A stretch of 32,000 nt of DNA from Xanthomonas campestris pv. campestris str. ATCC 33913 (GCF_000007145.1 NC_003902.1:2576497-2608496); one strand, 5' to 3'. Shown: positions 1-10,038, numbered from the stretch's first letter. The notes: generated from the sequence alone by a model not told the origin. Numbers and translations are program-made.

Positions 1-756
1 ATGGCCGTGCGCGGTATCGACGATGACCACGTCCACACCCGCAGCAGCGAGCAGTTCGATACGTTGTTCGGTATCGCCGCCCACACCCACCGCCGCACCG
101 ACCAGCAAGCGCTTGGCGCCGTCCTTGGCGGCGTTGGGGTTGTCGGTCTTCTTCTGGATGTCCTTGACCGTAATCAGCCCGCGCAGCTCGAAGCTGTCGT
201 TGACCACCAGGATCTTTTCGATGCGGTTGCGATGCAGCAGCTCGAGCACTTCCTCATCGCTGGCGCCTTCGCGCACAGTGATCAGGCGATCCTTCTTGGT
301 CATGATGTGGCGGACCGGATCGTCGAGCTTCTTTTCGAAGCGCATGTCGCGGCTGGTCACGATGCCAACCAGTTCGCTGCCATCCACCACCGGCACGCCG
401 GAGATGTTGCGCGCGCGGGTCAGCGCGATCACTTCACCGATGGTGGTGTCCGGGCTCACCGTAAACGGCTCGGTGATCACGCCGGACTCGAACTTCTTGA
501 CCTTGGCCACCTCGCCCGCCTGCTGCGCCGGGGTCAGGTTCTTGTGGATGATGCCGATGCCGCCCAGCTGGGCCATCGCCACCGCCAGGCGGTGTTCGGT
601 CACCGTATCCATGGCCGCGGACAAGATCGGCAGTTTGAGGCGCAGGTCGCGTGTCAGCCGAGTCTCAAGGCTGACGTCCTTTGGCAGGACAATGGAATGC
701 GCGGGGACGAGCGAGACGTCGTCGTAGGTAAGAGCTTCAGCCTGGATGCGGAGCAT
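1..756 (-). CDS. guaB: IMP dehydrogenase, N-terminal part (gene runs off the left window edge)
   Basis: Absent from the ORF track because it has no in-window stop. Reverse-strand translation from ATG at 756-754 gives [54 protein letters not shown]... A CBS-pair region follows ([21 protein letters not shown]...ITVKDI) and the sequence reaches the edge as ...[10 protein letters not shown], typical of IMPDH. The + ORFs 1..945 and 23..727 are antisense shadows. Confidence 0.9.
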   Translation of the reverse strand, partial: MLRIQAEALTYDDVSLVPAHSIVLPKDVSLETRLTRDLRLKLPILSAAMDTVTEHRLAVAMAQLGGIGIIHKNLTPAQQAGEVAKVKKFESGVITEPFTVSPDTTIGEVIALTRARNISGVPVVDGSELVGIVTSRDMRFEKKLDDPVRHIMTKKDRLITVREGASDEEVLELLHRNRIEKILVVNDSFELRGLITVKDIQKKTDNPNAAKDGAKRLLVGAAVGVGGDTEQRIELLAAAGVDVVIVDTAHGH

Positions 757-859
757 CGGCGGACCCGAGTTTGGGGAAGCGCGACATTTTACCCTGAAAG
801 CGGCCGCGAAGACACTGCGGCAGCTGAGTGCCGCCGCAATGCTGCGCTACACCAACGGC

Positions 860-1744
860 TCAACCAGCCGCATCGGCCGCCTCGAGCGTGTTCTGCATCA
901 GCGTGGCCACCGTCATCGGCCCCACCCCGCCCGGCACCGGGGTGATCCAGCCGGCGCGCTGCGCTGCGGCCTCGAACCCCACATCGCCGACCAGGCGCCC
1001 ATCGTCCAGGCGGTTGATGCCCACGTCGATGACCACCGCCCCAGGCTTGACCCATTCGCCCGGGATCAGCCCCGGCCGGCCCACCGCCACCACCAGGATG
1101 TCGGCGTTGCGCACGCTGGCTTCCAGCACATCCGGCGGGGTGAACTTGTGGCAGCTGGTCACCGTGCACCCGGCAATCAGCAGCTCCAGCCCCATCGGGC
1201 GGCCCACATGGTTACTCACCCCGACGATGGTGGCGTTGCGCCCGCGCACCGGCTGGTCGGTATGCGCCAGCAAGGTCACGATGCCGCGCGGGGTACACGG
1301 CCGCAAACCGAATTCGCGCAGCGCCAGATGCCCGACGTTCTGCGGATGGAACCCGTCCACGTCCTTGCGCGGGTCGATGCGCTGGATCAACCGGTTGGCA
1401 TCGGGAATGCCCGGCAGCGGCAACTGGATCAGGATGCCGTGGATCTTGGGATCGGTGTTGAGCTGGTCGATCAACGCGGCCAGCTCGGCTTCGGTGGTGC
1501 CTTGTGGCAGGTCGTAGTCGAAGGCCTCGATGCCCACTTTTTCGGCCGCACGGCGCTTGTTGCGCACATACACCGACGAAGCCGGATCGCCGCCTACCAG
1601 CACCACCGCCAGCCCGGGCCGGGTCTTGCCCGCCGCCAGGCGCGCATCCACGCGCAGCTTCAGACCGTCGAGCAATTCCTCGGCAATGCGGCGACCATCG
1701 AGGAGGCGGGCCGGAGCGAGGGCAGCTGGCGCGGGAGCGGTCAT
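860..1744 (-). CDS. folD: Bifunctional 5,10-methylenetetrahydrofolate dehydrogenase / methenyl-THF cyclohydrolase
   Basis: 294-aa ORF. The stretch [21 protein letters not shown]...[30 protein letters not shown]...[11 protein letters not shown]...GFHPQNVG...CTPRGI...[12 protein letters not shown]...[10 protein letters not shown] is the canonical FolD motif series. Confidence 0.95.
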   Translation of the reverse strand: MTAPAPAALAPARLLDGRRIAEELLDGLKLRVDARLAAGKTRPGLAVVLVGGDPASSVYVRNKRRAAEKVGIEAFDYDLPQGTTEAELAALIDQLNTDPKIHGILIQLPLPGIPDANRLIQRIDPRKDVDGFHPQNVGHLALREFGLRPCTPRGIVTLLAHTDQPVRGRNATIVGVSNHVGRPMGLELLIAGCTVTSCHKFTPPDVLEASVRNADILVVAVGRPGLIPGEWVKPGAVVIDVGINRLDDGRLVGDVGFEAAAQRAGWITPVPGGVGPMTVATLMQNTLEAADAAG

Positions 1745-1793
1745 GGGGCGTCAGGTGTAGAGTCGAAGGCCGTCTATTGTCCCCGATTCCGCC

Positions 1794-2090
1794 ATGACCG
1801 ACACCACTTCGATCGAAGCCGCCGCGTTCCGCCGCCTGCTGCAGCATCTCAACCAGGACCGCACCGACGTGCAGAACATCGACCTGATGATTCTTGCCGG
1901 CTTCTGCCGCAACTGCCTGGGCGACTGGTACCGCGAAGCCGCCGAGGCGCAAGGCCAACCCATGAGCAAGGAGCAGGCGCGCGAAGCGGTGTACGGCATG
2001 CCATTTGCGCATTGGAAACAGCAGCACCAACAGGAAGCGACACCGGAACAGCTGGAAGCCTTCGCGGCGGCGCAGCGCAAGCACGGCTGA
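1794..2090 (+). CDS. DUF1244 family small protein
   Basis: 98-aa ORF divergent from folD across a 49-bp gap. It carries the conserved core AAAFRRLLQHL...DVQNIDLMILAGFCRNCLGDWYREAA...YGMPFAHWK that I recognise as DUF1244. Confidence 0.8.
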   Translation: MTDTTSIEAAAFRRLLQHLNQDRTDVQNIDLMILAGFCRNCLGDWYREAAEAQGQPMSKEQAREAVYGMPFAHWKQQHQQEATPEQLEAFAAAQRKHG

Positions 2091-2181
2091 GCGATGACAG
2101 CCGGCACGTTATGTGCTGGCCGTTCTGAATCACCTTAAAGCGGCCGACGAAACGTCGCGAGCAATCGTCAAGGCGGGTGCG

Positions 2182-2222
2182 AAGAAACCTAAGTGCCTCG
2201 GGCAAATGCAGATCCCGAGCAC
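2182..2222 (-). terminator. Possible rho-independent terminator downstream of the Kef gene
   Basis: Imperfect hairpin GTGCCTCGGG(2193-2202)/CCCGAGCAC(2214-2222). On the minus strand it is followed by TTAGGTTTCTTCG, a U-rich run. It lies about 45 nt after the stop at 2268. Confidence 0.4.
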
Positions 2223-2267
2223 CGGCCGCGCCCGCCTGCCAGTTACGCGGTGATTTGACCGCTGTGT

Positions 2268-4118
2268 TTAGTCCCGCTCAGCCGTTTCTTCGCGCAACTC
2301 CTGCGGCAGCGCATCGCGATTGAGCGTGCGGCTCTCGCGCTTGGGCGGGGTAAAGGGCGTGGGCTTGGGCACGGTCGGCATGATGTTGCCGTACATCAGC
2401 CCTGCCCCGGCGCGCACATTGCCCGCGGCAATTTCCAGCTCCAGGCGCTCGGCATCGCGGCGCCGGATCTCGCGCGCAATCGTGCGGGCCTCATCCTCGT
2501 CCACGCCCAGTTCGACCAGGGCCACTTCGCCGAACGCGACCGCCGACTCGAAGGTTTCGCGGATCTGGTAGTCCACGCCAGCAGCAATCAACTCCAAAGC
2601 GTGTTCGCGATCAAAGGAACGCACCAGCAATTTCGCGTGCGGGAACTCGCGCGTTGCCAATTCGACGATGCGATTGGCCGCCTCGCGGTTGTCAACGCAC
2701 ACCGCAATCGCACGCGCGGTATGTGCACCGGAGGCATGCAACACATCCAACCGGGTGCCATCGCCGTAGTAGATCTTGAACCCGAATTCCTCCGCGCTCT
2801 GAATCATCTCGATGTCGTTATCGATGATGGTCACGTCCACATCGCGCGCCAGCAGCGACTGGCTGGCCACCTGACCGAAGCGCCCGAACCCGATGATCAA
2901 TACGCTGCCGGTCTGGCCGCTGGCTTCCTCCACGCCATCCAGCGACACCGCCGCTGCCGGCGTCAGGCGCCGCTGCAACAGCACGAACAACGGCGTCAGT
3001 GCCATCGACAACACCACGATCGCGGTAAGGCTGGCATTGACCTGCGCGTCGATGACACCGGATGCGGACGCCGCCGCGAACAACACAAACGCAAACTCGC
3101 CGCCCTGCGCCATCAGCACGCCACGATCCAGCGCCTGCCGGTGATCGCTGCGCATCAGGCGCGCCACCGCATAGATGCACACCGCCTTGCCCACCATCAA
3201 CGCCAGCACGCCGACCAGGATCAAGCGCCAGTCCGCCGCGACCACGCGCAGATCCAGGCTCATGCCGACACCCAGGAAGAACAGACCCAGCAGGATGCCG
3301 CGGAACGGTTCGATGTCGGCTTCGATCTGATGGCGGAAGGTGGATTCAGACAACAGCACCCCGGCCAGGAACGCGCCCATCGCCATCGACAACCCGCCAA
3401 CCTGCATCAAGAGCGCGGCGCCCAGCACCACCAGCAGCGCGGCAGCGGTCATCACCTCGCGCGCCTTGCTGGCGGCCAGGATGCGGAACAAAGGATTGAG
3501 CAACCACCGGCCGGCCACCAGCAGTCCAACGATGCAGGCCAGGCCAATGCCAATGCCCTGCCAACGCTGCGAAGCGGCTTGCGGGTCGCCACTGGCGCCC
3601 ATCCAGGCAACGATCGCCAACAGCGGCACGATCAGCAGGTCCTCGAACAGCAGGATCGCCACGATCTTCTGCCCCGATGGCAGCGCCACGTCGCCGCGCT
3701 CGGCAAGCAACTGCATCACCACTGCAGTGGAGGTCAGCACGAAACCGGACGCGGCCACGAAGGCCACCGGCGGCGCAAAGCCGAGCAGGATGCCGATGCC
3801 GGTCAAGACCAGCGCGCACACGCAGATCTGCACCGTGCCTAGGCCAAAAATTTCAGAGCGCAAGCTCCACAGATGCGAGGGCCGCATCTCCAGCCCGATC
3901 ACGAACAGAAACATCACCACGCCCAGTTCGGCCACATGCAGGATCGCTTGCGGGTCATCGAACAGGCCAAACCCGAACGGCCCAATCGCCAAGCCGGCGG
4001 CCAGATAGCCGAGCACCGAGCCAAGGCCCAGCCGTCGGAACAGCGGAATGGCGACCACCGCAGCGCCCAGCAGGGTCACCACGTTGATCAGTTCACTGGA
4101 TTCGGCAGGCTGGCTCAT
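2268..4118 (-). CDS. kefB: Glutathione-regulated K+ efflux / CPA2 monovalent cation:proton antiporter (KefB/KefC type) with C-terminal RCK/TrkA-N domain
   Basis: 616-aa ORF. The N-terminal half is polytopic and hydrophobic (…LGSVLGYLAAGLAIGPFGFGL…). It is followed by the Rossmann motif VLIIGFGRFGQ, typical of the KTN/RCK domain. KefB versus KefC cannot be separated by eye. Confidence 0.88.
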   Translation of the reverse strand: MSQPAESSELINVVTLLGAAVVAIPLFRRLGLGSVLGYLAAGLAIGPFGFGLFDDPQAILHVAELGVVMFLFVIGLEMRPSHLWSLRSEIFGLGTVQICVCALVLTGIGILLGFAPPVAFVAASGFVLTSTAVVMQLLAERGDVALPSGQKIVAILLFEDLLIVPLLAIVAWMGASGDPQAASQRWQGIGIGLACIVGLLVAGRWLLNPLFRILAASKAREVMTAAALLVVLGAALLMQVGGLSMAMGAFLAGVLLSESTFRHQIEADIEPFRGILLGLFFLGVGMSLDLRVVAADWRLILVGVLALMVGKAVCIYAVARLMRSDHRQALDRGVLMAQGGEFAFVLFAAASASGVIDAQVNASLTAIVVLSMALTPLFVLLQRRLTPAAAVSLDGVEEASGQTGSVLIIGFGRFGQVASQSLLARDVDVTIIDNDIEMIQSAEEFGFKIYYGDGTRLDVLHASGAHTARAIAVCVDNREAANRIVELATREFPHAKLLVRSFDREHALELIAAGVDYQIRETFESAVAFGEVALVELGVDEDEARTIAREIRRRDAERLELEIAAGNVRAGAGLMYGNIMPTVPKPTPFTPPKRESRTLNRDALPQELREETAERD

Positions 4119-4234
4119 GACAAGGATTTTAGCGGCACGTGGCGGCCGCTGGCCTGCACGTGCTTGCGTATGTGACGCGCGATATGGATGGCAGCGATCT
4201 CAAGCATGGCACCACTCTTCGCTAACGCGCGGAC

Positions 4235-4270
4235 CCAAAACGACGAACGGCGCCCAATGGCGCCGTTCGT
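4235..4270 (-). terminator. Rho-independent terminator of galU
   Basis: Perfect 12-bp stem ACGAACGGCGCC(4243-4254)/GGCGCCGTTCGT(4259-4270) with loop CAAT. On the minus strand it is followed by CGTTTTGGG. It lies 23 nt downstream of the galU stop. Confidence 0.65.
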
Positions 4271-4292
4271 TGCAACACTGCTAGCCGAACAC

Positions 4293-5186
4293 TCAGCCGC
4301 GTGCGTCTGCCGCGGCCAAGGCGCTGCGAATGATTTCCTTCGCCGGTGCGCCATGCTTCTCGTGCTCGAGCGCAAAGTGCACCGTGGCCTCGATCAAACC
4401 GATGTGCGCGCCGCAGTCGAAGCGACGGCCCTCGAAACGGAACGCATCGACCTGTTCCTGCTTGAGCAGTTCGGCGATCGCATCGGTGAGCTGGATCTCG
4501 CCACCTGCACCGGCGCCCGTGGACTCCAGGTACTCGAAGATCTTCGGGCTCAGCACGTAACGACCGACGACCGCCAGATTGCTCGGCGCCACTTCCGGCT
4601 TGGGCTTTTCGACGATGGCATTGATGCGGCCCTTGCGGCCGTCGAACGCATCGGTGGACACGATGCCATAACTGGCCGTCTTGTCGTGCGGCACATCTTC
4701 CACGGCGATCACGCTGCCGCCGGAGGCTTCTGCCACATCGGCCATCTGGGTCAGCGCCGCATCGCCGCGGTTCCACATCAGGTCGTCGGGCAGCAGCACT
4801 GCGAACGGTTCGTCACCGACCACGGCCTTGGCACACATCACCGCATGGCCCAGGCCGAGCGCTTCGGCCTGCGTCACAAAAATGGCGCGGACGCCTTCGG
4901 GCAGTGCATGGCGCACCAGCTCCAATTGCTCGAGCTTGCCTGCGCGCTCGAGCTTCTGCTCCAGCTCATAGGCCTTGTCGAAGTAGTCGGCGATCGAGTG
5001 CTTGTAGCGATTGGTGACGAAGATCAGCGTATCGCAACCGGCCTGGATGGCTTCGTCCACGGCGTACTGGATAAGCGGTTTATCGATGATCGGCAGCATT
5101 TCCTTCGGCACCGTCTTGGTTGCCGGAAGAAAGCGGGTCCCAAGACCTGCGACGGGGAATACGGCCTTGCGAATACGCTTGCTCAT
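4293..5186 (-). CDS. galU: UTP-glucose-1-phosphate uridylyltransferase
   Basis: 297-aa ORF beginning MSKRIRKAVFPVAGLGTRFLPATKTVPKEMLPIIDKPLIQYAVDEA..., the GalU signature. Its start overlaps the upstream stop (TAATG). Confidence 0.95.
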   Translation of the reverse strand: MSKRIRKAVFPVAGLGTRFLPATKTVPKEMLPIIDKPLIQYAVDEAIQAGCDTLIFVTNRYKHSIADYFDKAYELEQKLERAGKLEQLELVRHALPEGVRAIFVTQAEALGLGHAVMCAKAVVGDEPFAVLLPDDLMWNRGDAALTQMADVAEASGGSVIAVEDVPHDKTASYGIVSTDAFDGRKGRINAIVEKPKPEVAPSNLAVVGRYVLSPKIFEYLESTGAGAGGEIQLTDAIAELLKQEQVDAFRFEGRRFDCGAHIGLIEATVHFALEHEKHGAPAKEIIRSALAAADARG

Positions 5187-7093
5187 TAAAGTCTTCTGAC
5201 CTCACGTGCGGGGAATGGAACGACCGTATCAGATCGCGTGTCGACTTTCCGTCGAGCAGCCGCAAAATCCGGCATCAGACTGCCCAGCACAGTCTCCATT
5301 GCGTTGATGTCATAGCGGTTAACCGCCTCGCGCAGGCGCGTCACCAGTTGCAACACCTGCTCGTGCGAGAACTCGCGCACACCGGCTTCCAGGATCTTGG
5401 GATGCGCGGTGGGTCGGTAGTCCTCGTCGGAATAGAACAAGGTCTCGTGCAATTTTTCGCCCGGGCGCAGACCGGTGTAGAGAATGGCGATGTCCTTGCC
5501 CGGCTGCTTGCCTGCCAGGCGGATCATCTGCTCGGCCAGGAGCCGGATCGGCACCGGCTCGCCCATGTCCAGCGTATAGATGGCGCCGTGCGACGCAGAT
5601 GCTGCGGCCTGCACCACCAGCTGGCAGGCTTCGGGAATGGTCATGAAGTAACGCGTCACATCCGGATGCGTCACCGTGACCGGGCCGCCCTGCCGGATCT
5701 GTTCACGGAACAACGGCACCACGCTGCCGGCCGAATCCAGCACGTTGCCGAAGCGCACGGTAATGAAGCGCGTCGGCGCATCGCGGGCGTCAAGACTCTG
5801 GCAGATCATCTCCGCATAGCGCTTGCTCGCGCCGAGCACGTTGACCGGCTCCACCGCCTTGTCGGTGGAGATGAACACAAACGTTTCGATCCGCGCCCGC
5901 TGGCAGGCACGCGCCACGTTCTCGGTTGCGAGCACGTTGTTGCGCACCGCTTCGCGCAGCTGCTCTTCCAGCAGCGGCACCTGCTTGTAGGCGGCCGCAT
6001 GGAACACGGCATCGGGCGTAGCAGTGCGTAAGGCATGCGCCACCACTGCCGGGTCGCCGCAGTCGCCAAGCACGCGCACCACTTCGATATCGGGGAACAA
6101 CCGGCGCAGGTCCGAATCGATGGTCAGCAGCGCCAGCTCATCGATTTCCAGCAGCACGATGCGACGCGCGCCATGACGCGCGCACTGCCGGCAGACTTCC
6201 GAGCCGATCGAACCGCCGGCGCCGGTCACCATCACGGTCTTGTTGGTGAGCCAGTCGCGGATCAGGCGCCAGTCCGGCGTGACCGGCTTGCGGTTGAGCA
6301 GGTCCTCGATCGCCACTTCCTTCAACTCGCCTGGCAGCGACCGGCCCTCCAGCACGTTGATCAGCTTGGGCACCATCCGGAACGGCAGACCGGTGCTTTC
6401 GCAGATGGCCACCACCCGCTGCATGCCGGATGCATCCAACGATGGAATCGCGATGACGAGGAGCTTGGCCGCAGTTTCCTTGGCGATCGCCGCGGCCTGA
6501 TCCAGGTTGCCCAGCACATTCAGGCCCTGGATCTTGGCGCCGTGCAAATGGGTGGCGTCATCCAGAAAGCCGACCGGGACGAACGTGCCGCTACGGCGCA
6601 GGTCACGCACCAGACCCTCGGCCGCACGCCCTGCGCCAAGAATCAGCACCCGCTGCGCGGCATCGCCAGAGTGGGCAATTTGGTAATCCTTCCAGGCGCG
6701 GTAGAGCAACCGCGGCGTGCCGAGCAACGCCGACAGCGCAAACGGATAGACCACCAGCACCGAGAGCGGCACGCCATCAAGGCGGTCGTACGACAACGCC
6801 AGCACAATCGCGACCAGGCCGAGAAAACTGGACTTGAAGATGTTCCACAGATCCGGCACCGAGGCAAAGCGCCAGAGGCCGCGATACAACCCCATCCGCC
6901 AGAACACCAGCCCCTGTGCGACCAAGACCACCGCCGTACGCCAATCCCACAGTGGCAGGTCTGGCGCGTCGCGCAGCATGGAGTAACGGCCCGCATGCAG
7001 CAGCTGCCAGCACACCCAGACCATCAGCAGGTCATGGACGACCACAGCGATCTGTGGAAGCGACTTGGTCAAACGATCACGCCAGGAAATCAT
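5186..7093 (-). CDS. Membrane-anchored polysaccharide biosynthesis protein, nucleotide-sugar 4,6-dehydratase/epimerase (WbpM/CapD/PglF family)
   Basis: 635-aa ORF. It has N-terminal transmembrane segments and two Rossmann regions (LILGAGRAAEGL and VMVTGAGGSIGSE). The SDR-type core ...ISTDKAVEPVNVLGASKRYAE... is typical of CapD/WbpM. Confidence 0.9.
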   Translation of the reverse strand: MISWRDRLTKSLPQIAVVVHDLLMVWVCWQLLHAGRYSMLRDAPDLPLWDWRTAVVLVAQGLVFWRMGLYRGLWRFASVPDLWNIFKSSFLGLVAIVLALSYDRLDGVPLSVLVVYPFALSALLGTPRLLYRAWKDYQIAHSGDAAQRVLILGAGRAAEGLVRDLRRSGTFVPVGFLDDATHLHGAKIQGLNVLGNLDQAAAIAKETAAKLLVIAIPSLDASGMQRVVAICESTGLPFRMVPKLINVLEGRSLPGELKEVAIEDLLNRKPVTPDWRLIRDWLTNKTVMVTGAGGSIGSEVCRQCARHGARRIVLLEIDELALLTIDSDLRRLFPDIEVVRVLGDCGDPAVVAHALRTATPDAVFHAAAYKQVPLLEEQLREAVRNNVLATENVARACQRARIETFVFISTDKAVEPVNVLGASKRYAEMICQSLDARDAPTRFITVRFGNVLDSAGSVVPLFREQIRQGGPVTVTHPDVTRYFMTIPEACQLVVQAAASASHGAIYTLDMGEPVPIRLLAEQMIRLAGKQPGKDIAILYTGLRPGEKLHETLFYSDEDYRPTAHPKILEAGVREFSHEQVLQLVTRLREAVNRYDINAMETVLGSLMPDFAAARRKVDTRSDTVVPFPAREVRRL

Positions 7094-7106
7094 AAAAATC
7101 CATTAC

Positions 7107-8081
7107 TCAAGAATTGCGCAATCCATGGCGCAGAAGTTGCCAGATCGCCGTTGCGCCGATGCCCCATGCCACCGCATCAGCCATGAGCCACCCGCGCGAA
7201 TCGGTACGAATTATGACAAACAAGCAAACAGCGATGAGACTGAAAGCGAAGTAAACCGTGGTCACCGGCACATGATTGGTCAGCAATCGTGCCAGGCGTT
7301 GATAGACGTGCGAGGCGTGAGGCTCCCACCAGCGCTGTCCGGAAAGCATGCGAGACAGCAGCGTGAAGCCCGCGTCGACAAGAAACGAAGTCAACGGAAA
7401 CCACACGATCCACCAACTCACCTGCCCCGCTCCCACTGACAAGGCCAGGAGCCCGGCGAGCACATAGCCGAGTGCCCCGCTGCCGCCATCGCCCAGGAAA
7501 ATGCGCGCGCGCGGAAAGTTGAATGGGAGAAATCCAAGGCATGCGGCTGTCAGTGCCCATCCAGCCCACGAAAGGTTGCCTGGGACAACAAGCGCGAACG
7601 CGGCACCCGCAAGTGCGGCTTGACTGGAAGCCAGCCCGTTGATGCCATCCATGAAATTCCAGACATTGATGAGCACCACCGACGCCAACGCCGCGAGGAT
7701 CCCATCCAGCGGTTGCCCTGTATGGCGTACCACCAGCAGGCCAAGCGACACCGATGCGAGGGCATGGATCGCAAAGCGCAGTTTGGCCGAGAGCGGCCTG
7801 TGGTCGTCCCACCAGCCCACGCCCGCAACCAGGAGTAAGCCTGCAGCGAACCAGGCAATCGATAGACGCCCGGTGGGCCATACAAATGAGGCCACCAAGC
7901 AGCCCGTCAGGAGCGCAACGACAATGGCCATGCCACCACCACGCGGGGTAGCCACGGTATGGCTGCGCCGCTCGCCGGGATGGTCGAGCAGGCGCCGCTG
8001 CAACGCATAGCGCCGCAGCCCCCAGGTTGCCAGCGCTGCGATCAGCAGATGTAGCGCGCACCACAGCCAGAGCGGCGGCAC
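7107..8081 (-). CDS. Glycosyltransferase family 4 polyprenyl-phosphate HexNAc-1-phosphate transferase (WbpL/WecA/MraY-like)
   Basis: Polytopic ORF with motifs ...NFMDGINGLA... and ...FLGDGGSGALGY..., typical of the MraY/WecA superfamily. The longest ORF (ATG 8141) overlaps lapB by 61 nt. I prefer GTG at 8081, which overlaps the lapB stop by 1 nt (TAGTG). That start puts the PRGGG motif about 50 aa from the N-terminus, as in WecA. The start is uncertain (8081, 8123 or 8141). Confidence 0.8.
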   Translation of the reverse strand: MPPLWLWCALHLLIAALATWGLRRYALQRRLLDHPGERRSHTVATPRGGGMAIVVALLTGCLVASFVWPTGRLSIAWFAAGLLLVAGVGWWDDHRPLSAKLRFAIHALASVSLGLLVVRHTGQPLDGILAALASVVLINVWNFMDGINGLASSQAALAGAAFALVVPGNLSWAGWALTAACLGFLPFNFPRARIFLGDGGSGALGYVLAGLLALSVGAGQVSWWIVWFPLTSFLVDAGFTLLSRMLSGQRWWEPHASHVYQRLARLLTNHVPVTTVYFAFSLIAVCLFVIIRTDSRGWLMADAVAWGIGATAIWQLLRHGLRNS

Positions 8082-9259
8082 TAGACCACCGCGTAGTTCA
8101 GCAGCGGCTTGACGGTTCCCCATTCCTTGCAGCTGGGACATTGCCAGTGATGGGTCTTTGCGCCGAACCCGCAGCGGGTGCAGCGATAGCTGGGATTGCG
8201 CACCAGCAATTGGTCGGTGATGTGCTTGAGATCCTGCAACGTGCCGACCGGGTCGCTGCCTTCGGCGAGCGTCAGATCGATCAAGGCAGACTCGCCGCGT
8301 ACCGAGGGGCGATCCTTGAGCTGACGACCCAGATAGGCCAGGGCCGGCGCTACGCCGTCCTGCGCCTCCATCAACTGGGTCAGGGCCAGCACCGGCGCGA
8401 TGCCGCGATAGTGCTCGGTCATCTCCGACAGGAAATTGCGCGCGCCGGCGATGTCGCCCACCCGGCGGTAGGCCGCCATCAGTGCGGGAATGATTTCCGG
8501 CAGGTATTCTGGATCGTGCCGCGCGGCACGCTCGAACGCGCGGACCGCCGCCTCGTCGTGACCGCGCTCGGCCTCGATCCGGCCTTCCAGAATGCCGGCG
8601 CGCACCGAGGTGCCGTCGGCCTGATAGGCGCGTGCGATGGCCTGCAGCGCGTCGTCCGGTTTGCTCAGGCCACGGTAGCGATCGGCCAGCTCACATTCGA
8701 ACTGCGAGATCAGCTTGCCCATCGGCTCGCCGGTGACTTCTTCGTAGCGAGTGGCGTTGTCGATCGCCTTTTCCCAGTCACGCTCGGCCTGGTAGATGCC
8801 GATCAGATGGCGCAACGCCTGCGGCGCGCGCTGGTCCAGCTGCGCCAGCTCGGTGAACACGGTTTCGGCGCGATCCAGCAGGCCGGACTTCATGTAGTCC
8901 TCGCCCAGTGCCAGCAAGGCCTGGACACGCTGCTGATCGGTCAGATCGGCGCGCTGCACCAGTCCTTGGTGAAGGCGGATGGCGCGGTCCACTTCACCGC
9001 GGCGGCGGAACAGATGCCCCAACGCGACCTGGGTCTCGAAGGTTTCCTTGTCCAGTTCGGCGATATGCAGAAACAGCTCGATGGCCTTGTCCGGCTGCTC
9101 GTTGAGCAGATAGTTCAGACCACGGAAGTAGGTGCTGGACAGACGGCTGACCTGGGTGTCGCCGTGGCGCTGGCCACCGCGCCGGCCAACGATCCAGCCG
9201 CCAAGCGCGGCGATCGGCAGAAACAGGAAGAACCAGAACCATTCGGTCAGGAAGTCCAT
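8081..9259 (-). CDS. lapB: Lipopolysaccharide assembly protein B (TPR protein with C-terminal rubredoxin-like zinc site)
   Basis: 392-aa ORF with an N-terminal membrane anchor (WFWFFLFLPIAALGGWIVG) and multiple TPR-like repeats. The C-terminal CTRCGF...WQCPSCKEWGTVKP is the CxxC...CxxC hallmark of LapB/YciM. It lies directly downstream of lapA. Confidence 0.9.
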   Translation of the reverse strand: MDFLTEWFWFFLFLPIAALGGWIVGRRGGQRHGDTQVSRLSSTYFRGLNYLLNEQPDKAIELFLHIAELDKETFETQVALGHLFRRRGEVDRAIRLHQGLVQRADLTDQQRVQALLALGEDYMKSGLLDRAETVFTELAQLDQRAPQALRHLIGIYQAERDWEKAIDNATRYEEVTGEPMGKLISQFECELADRYRGLSKPDDALQAIARAYQADGTSVRAGILEGRIEAERGHDEAAVRAFERAARHDPEYLPEIIPALMAAYRRVGDIAGARNFLSEMTEHYRGIAPVLALTQLMEAQDGVAPALAYLGRQLKDRPSVRGESALIDLTLAEGSDPVGTLQDLKHITDQLLVRNPSYRCTRCGFGAKTHHWQCPSCKEWGTVKPLLNYAVV

Positions 9260-9265
9260 ACGTAC

Positions 9266-9571
9266 TTACAGTCCATCAAGCGGGCGCGGCTCGACGGCGA
9301 CAGGTGCAACTGGCCCGGCGTCGGCGCGACTGACCGCGGCAGCCTTGTTGGCCTGGCGCAGCTTGGAATAGAGGGGAATGACCACACTGACCAGCACCAT
9401 GCCGGCGCCGATCAACACACCGACCAGCAGCGCGACGATGATCGCGATCCCGGAGGTCGTGTGCACACTGGAGAACAGGAAGTCGAGCGTGACGTCCTGG
9501 GAATTGACCGCGCCAATGATCAGACCAACCAGCAGGAAGGCCAACATCACCAGCAAGCGAAACACCCTCAT
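9266..9571 (-). CDS. lapA: Lipopolysaccharide assembly protein A (DUF1049/YciS)
   Basis: 101-aa ORF with two transmembrane helices (MRVFRLLVMLAFLLVGLIIGAVN... and ...GIAIIVALLVGVLIGAGMVLV). It sits 6 nt upstream of lapB, and GGAG lies 8 nt before the ATG. Confidence 0.85.
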   Translation of the reverse strand: MRVFRLLVMLAFLLVGLIIGAVNSQDVTLDFLFSSVHTTSGIAIIVALLVGVLIGAGMVLVSVVIPLYSKLRQANKAAAVSRADAGPVAPVAVEPRPLDGL

Positions 9572-9637
9572 GGCGGAACTCCGTCGGGAAGGCGCCTAGC
9601 TTAACCGAGCGGACATCAACGCAGCAGCAGCACGGAC

Positions 9638-9949
9638 TCAGTCCGCTGCATCCACCATGTCGACCGGCACCACCGAGCTCACGCGCTCGCGCAGCTCCTT
9701 GCCGGGTTTGAAATGCGGAACATGCTTGCCAGGCAGCGCGACCGATTCACCGGTCTTCGGGTTGCGGCCCAGGCGTGGCGGGCGGTAATGCAGCGAGAAG
9801 CTGCCAAACCCACGGATTTCGATCCGATCACCATCGGACAAGGCCTGCCCCATCATTTCAAGCAGCGATTTGACCGCCAGATCCACATCGTCCGACTTCA
9901 GATGCGCTTGGCGTCGCGCCAGGATTTCGATCAATTCGGACTTGGTCAT
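9638..9949 (-). CDS. ihfB: Integration host factor subunit beta
   Basis: [90 protein letters not shown] is the IHF-beta/HU fold. The internal ATG at 9949 is chosen because the 16-aa 5' extension of track ORF 9638..9997 is not IHF-like. Confidence 0.95.
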
Positions 9950-10038
9950 GGGAAGACTTGCTTTTTTCGACTGACACATCGGAATCGGCCCGGGCAAGCC
10001 CGGGCCGATCCATCACGCTCTCAAAGAGCGCTACGCGC

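Noticed and set aside
1-2128. Long + strand ORFs 1..945 (314 aa), 23..727, 746..2128 (460 aa) and 828..1517
   Set aside because: They lie antisense to clearly recognisable guaB and folD. Their translations are Arg/Ala/His/Gly-rich and low in complexity, with no motifs. These are typical high-GC shadow ORFs.
2601-4008. + strand ORFs 2601..3842 (413 aa) and 3340..4008, opposite the Kef gene
   Set aside because: Antisense shadows of a well-supported membrane transporter gene, with implausible His/Arg/Gln-rich composition.
5120-7186. + strand ORFs 5120..6031 (303 aa) and 6035..7186 (383 aa)
   Set aside because: Antisense to the WbpM/CapD-like gene and without motifs.
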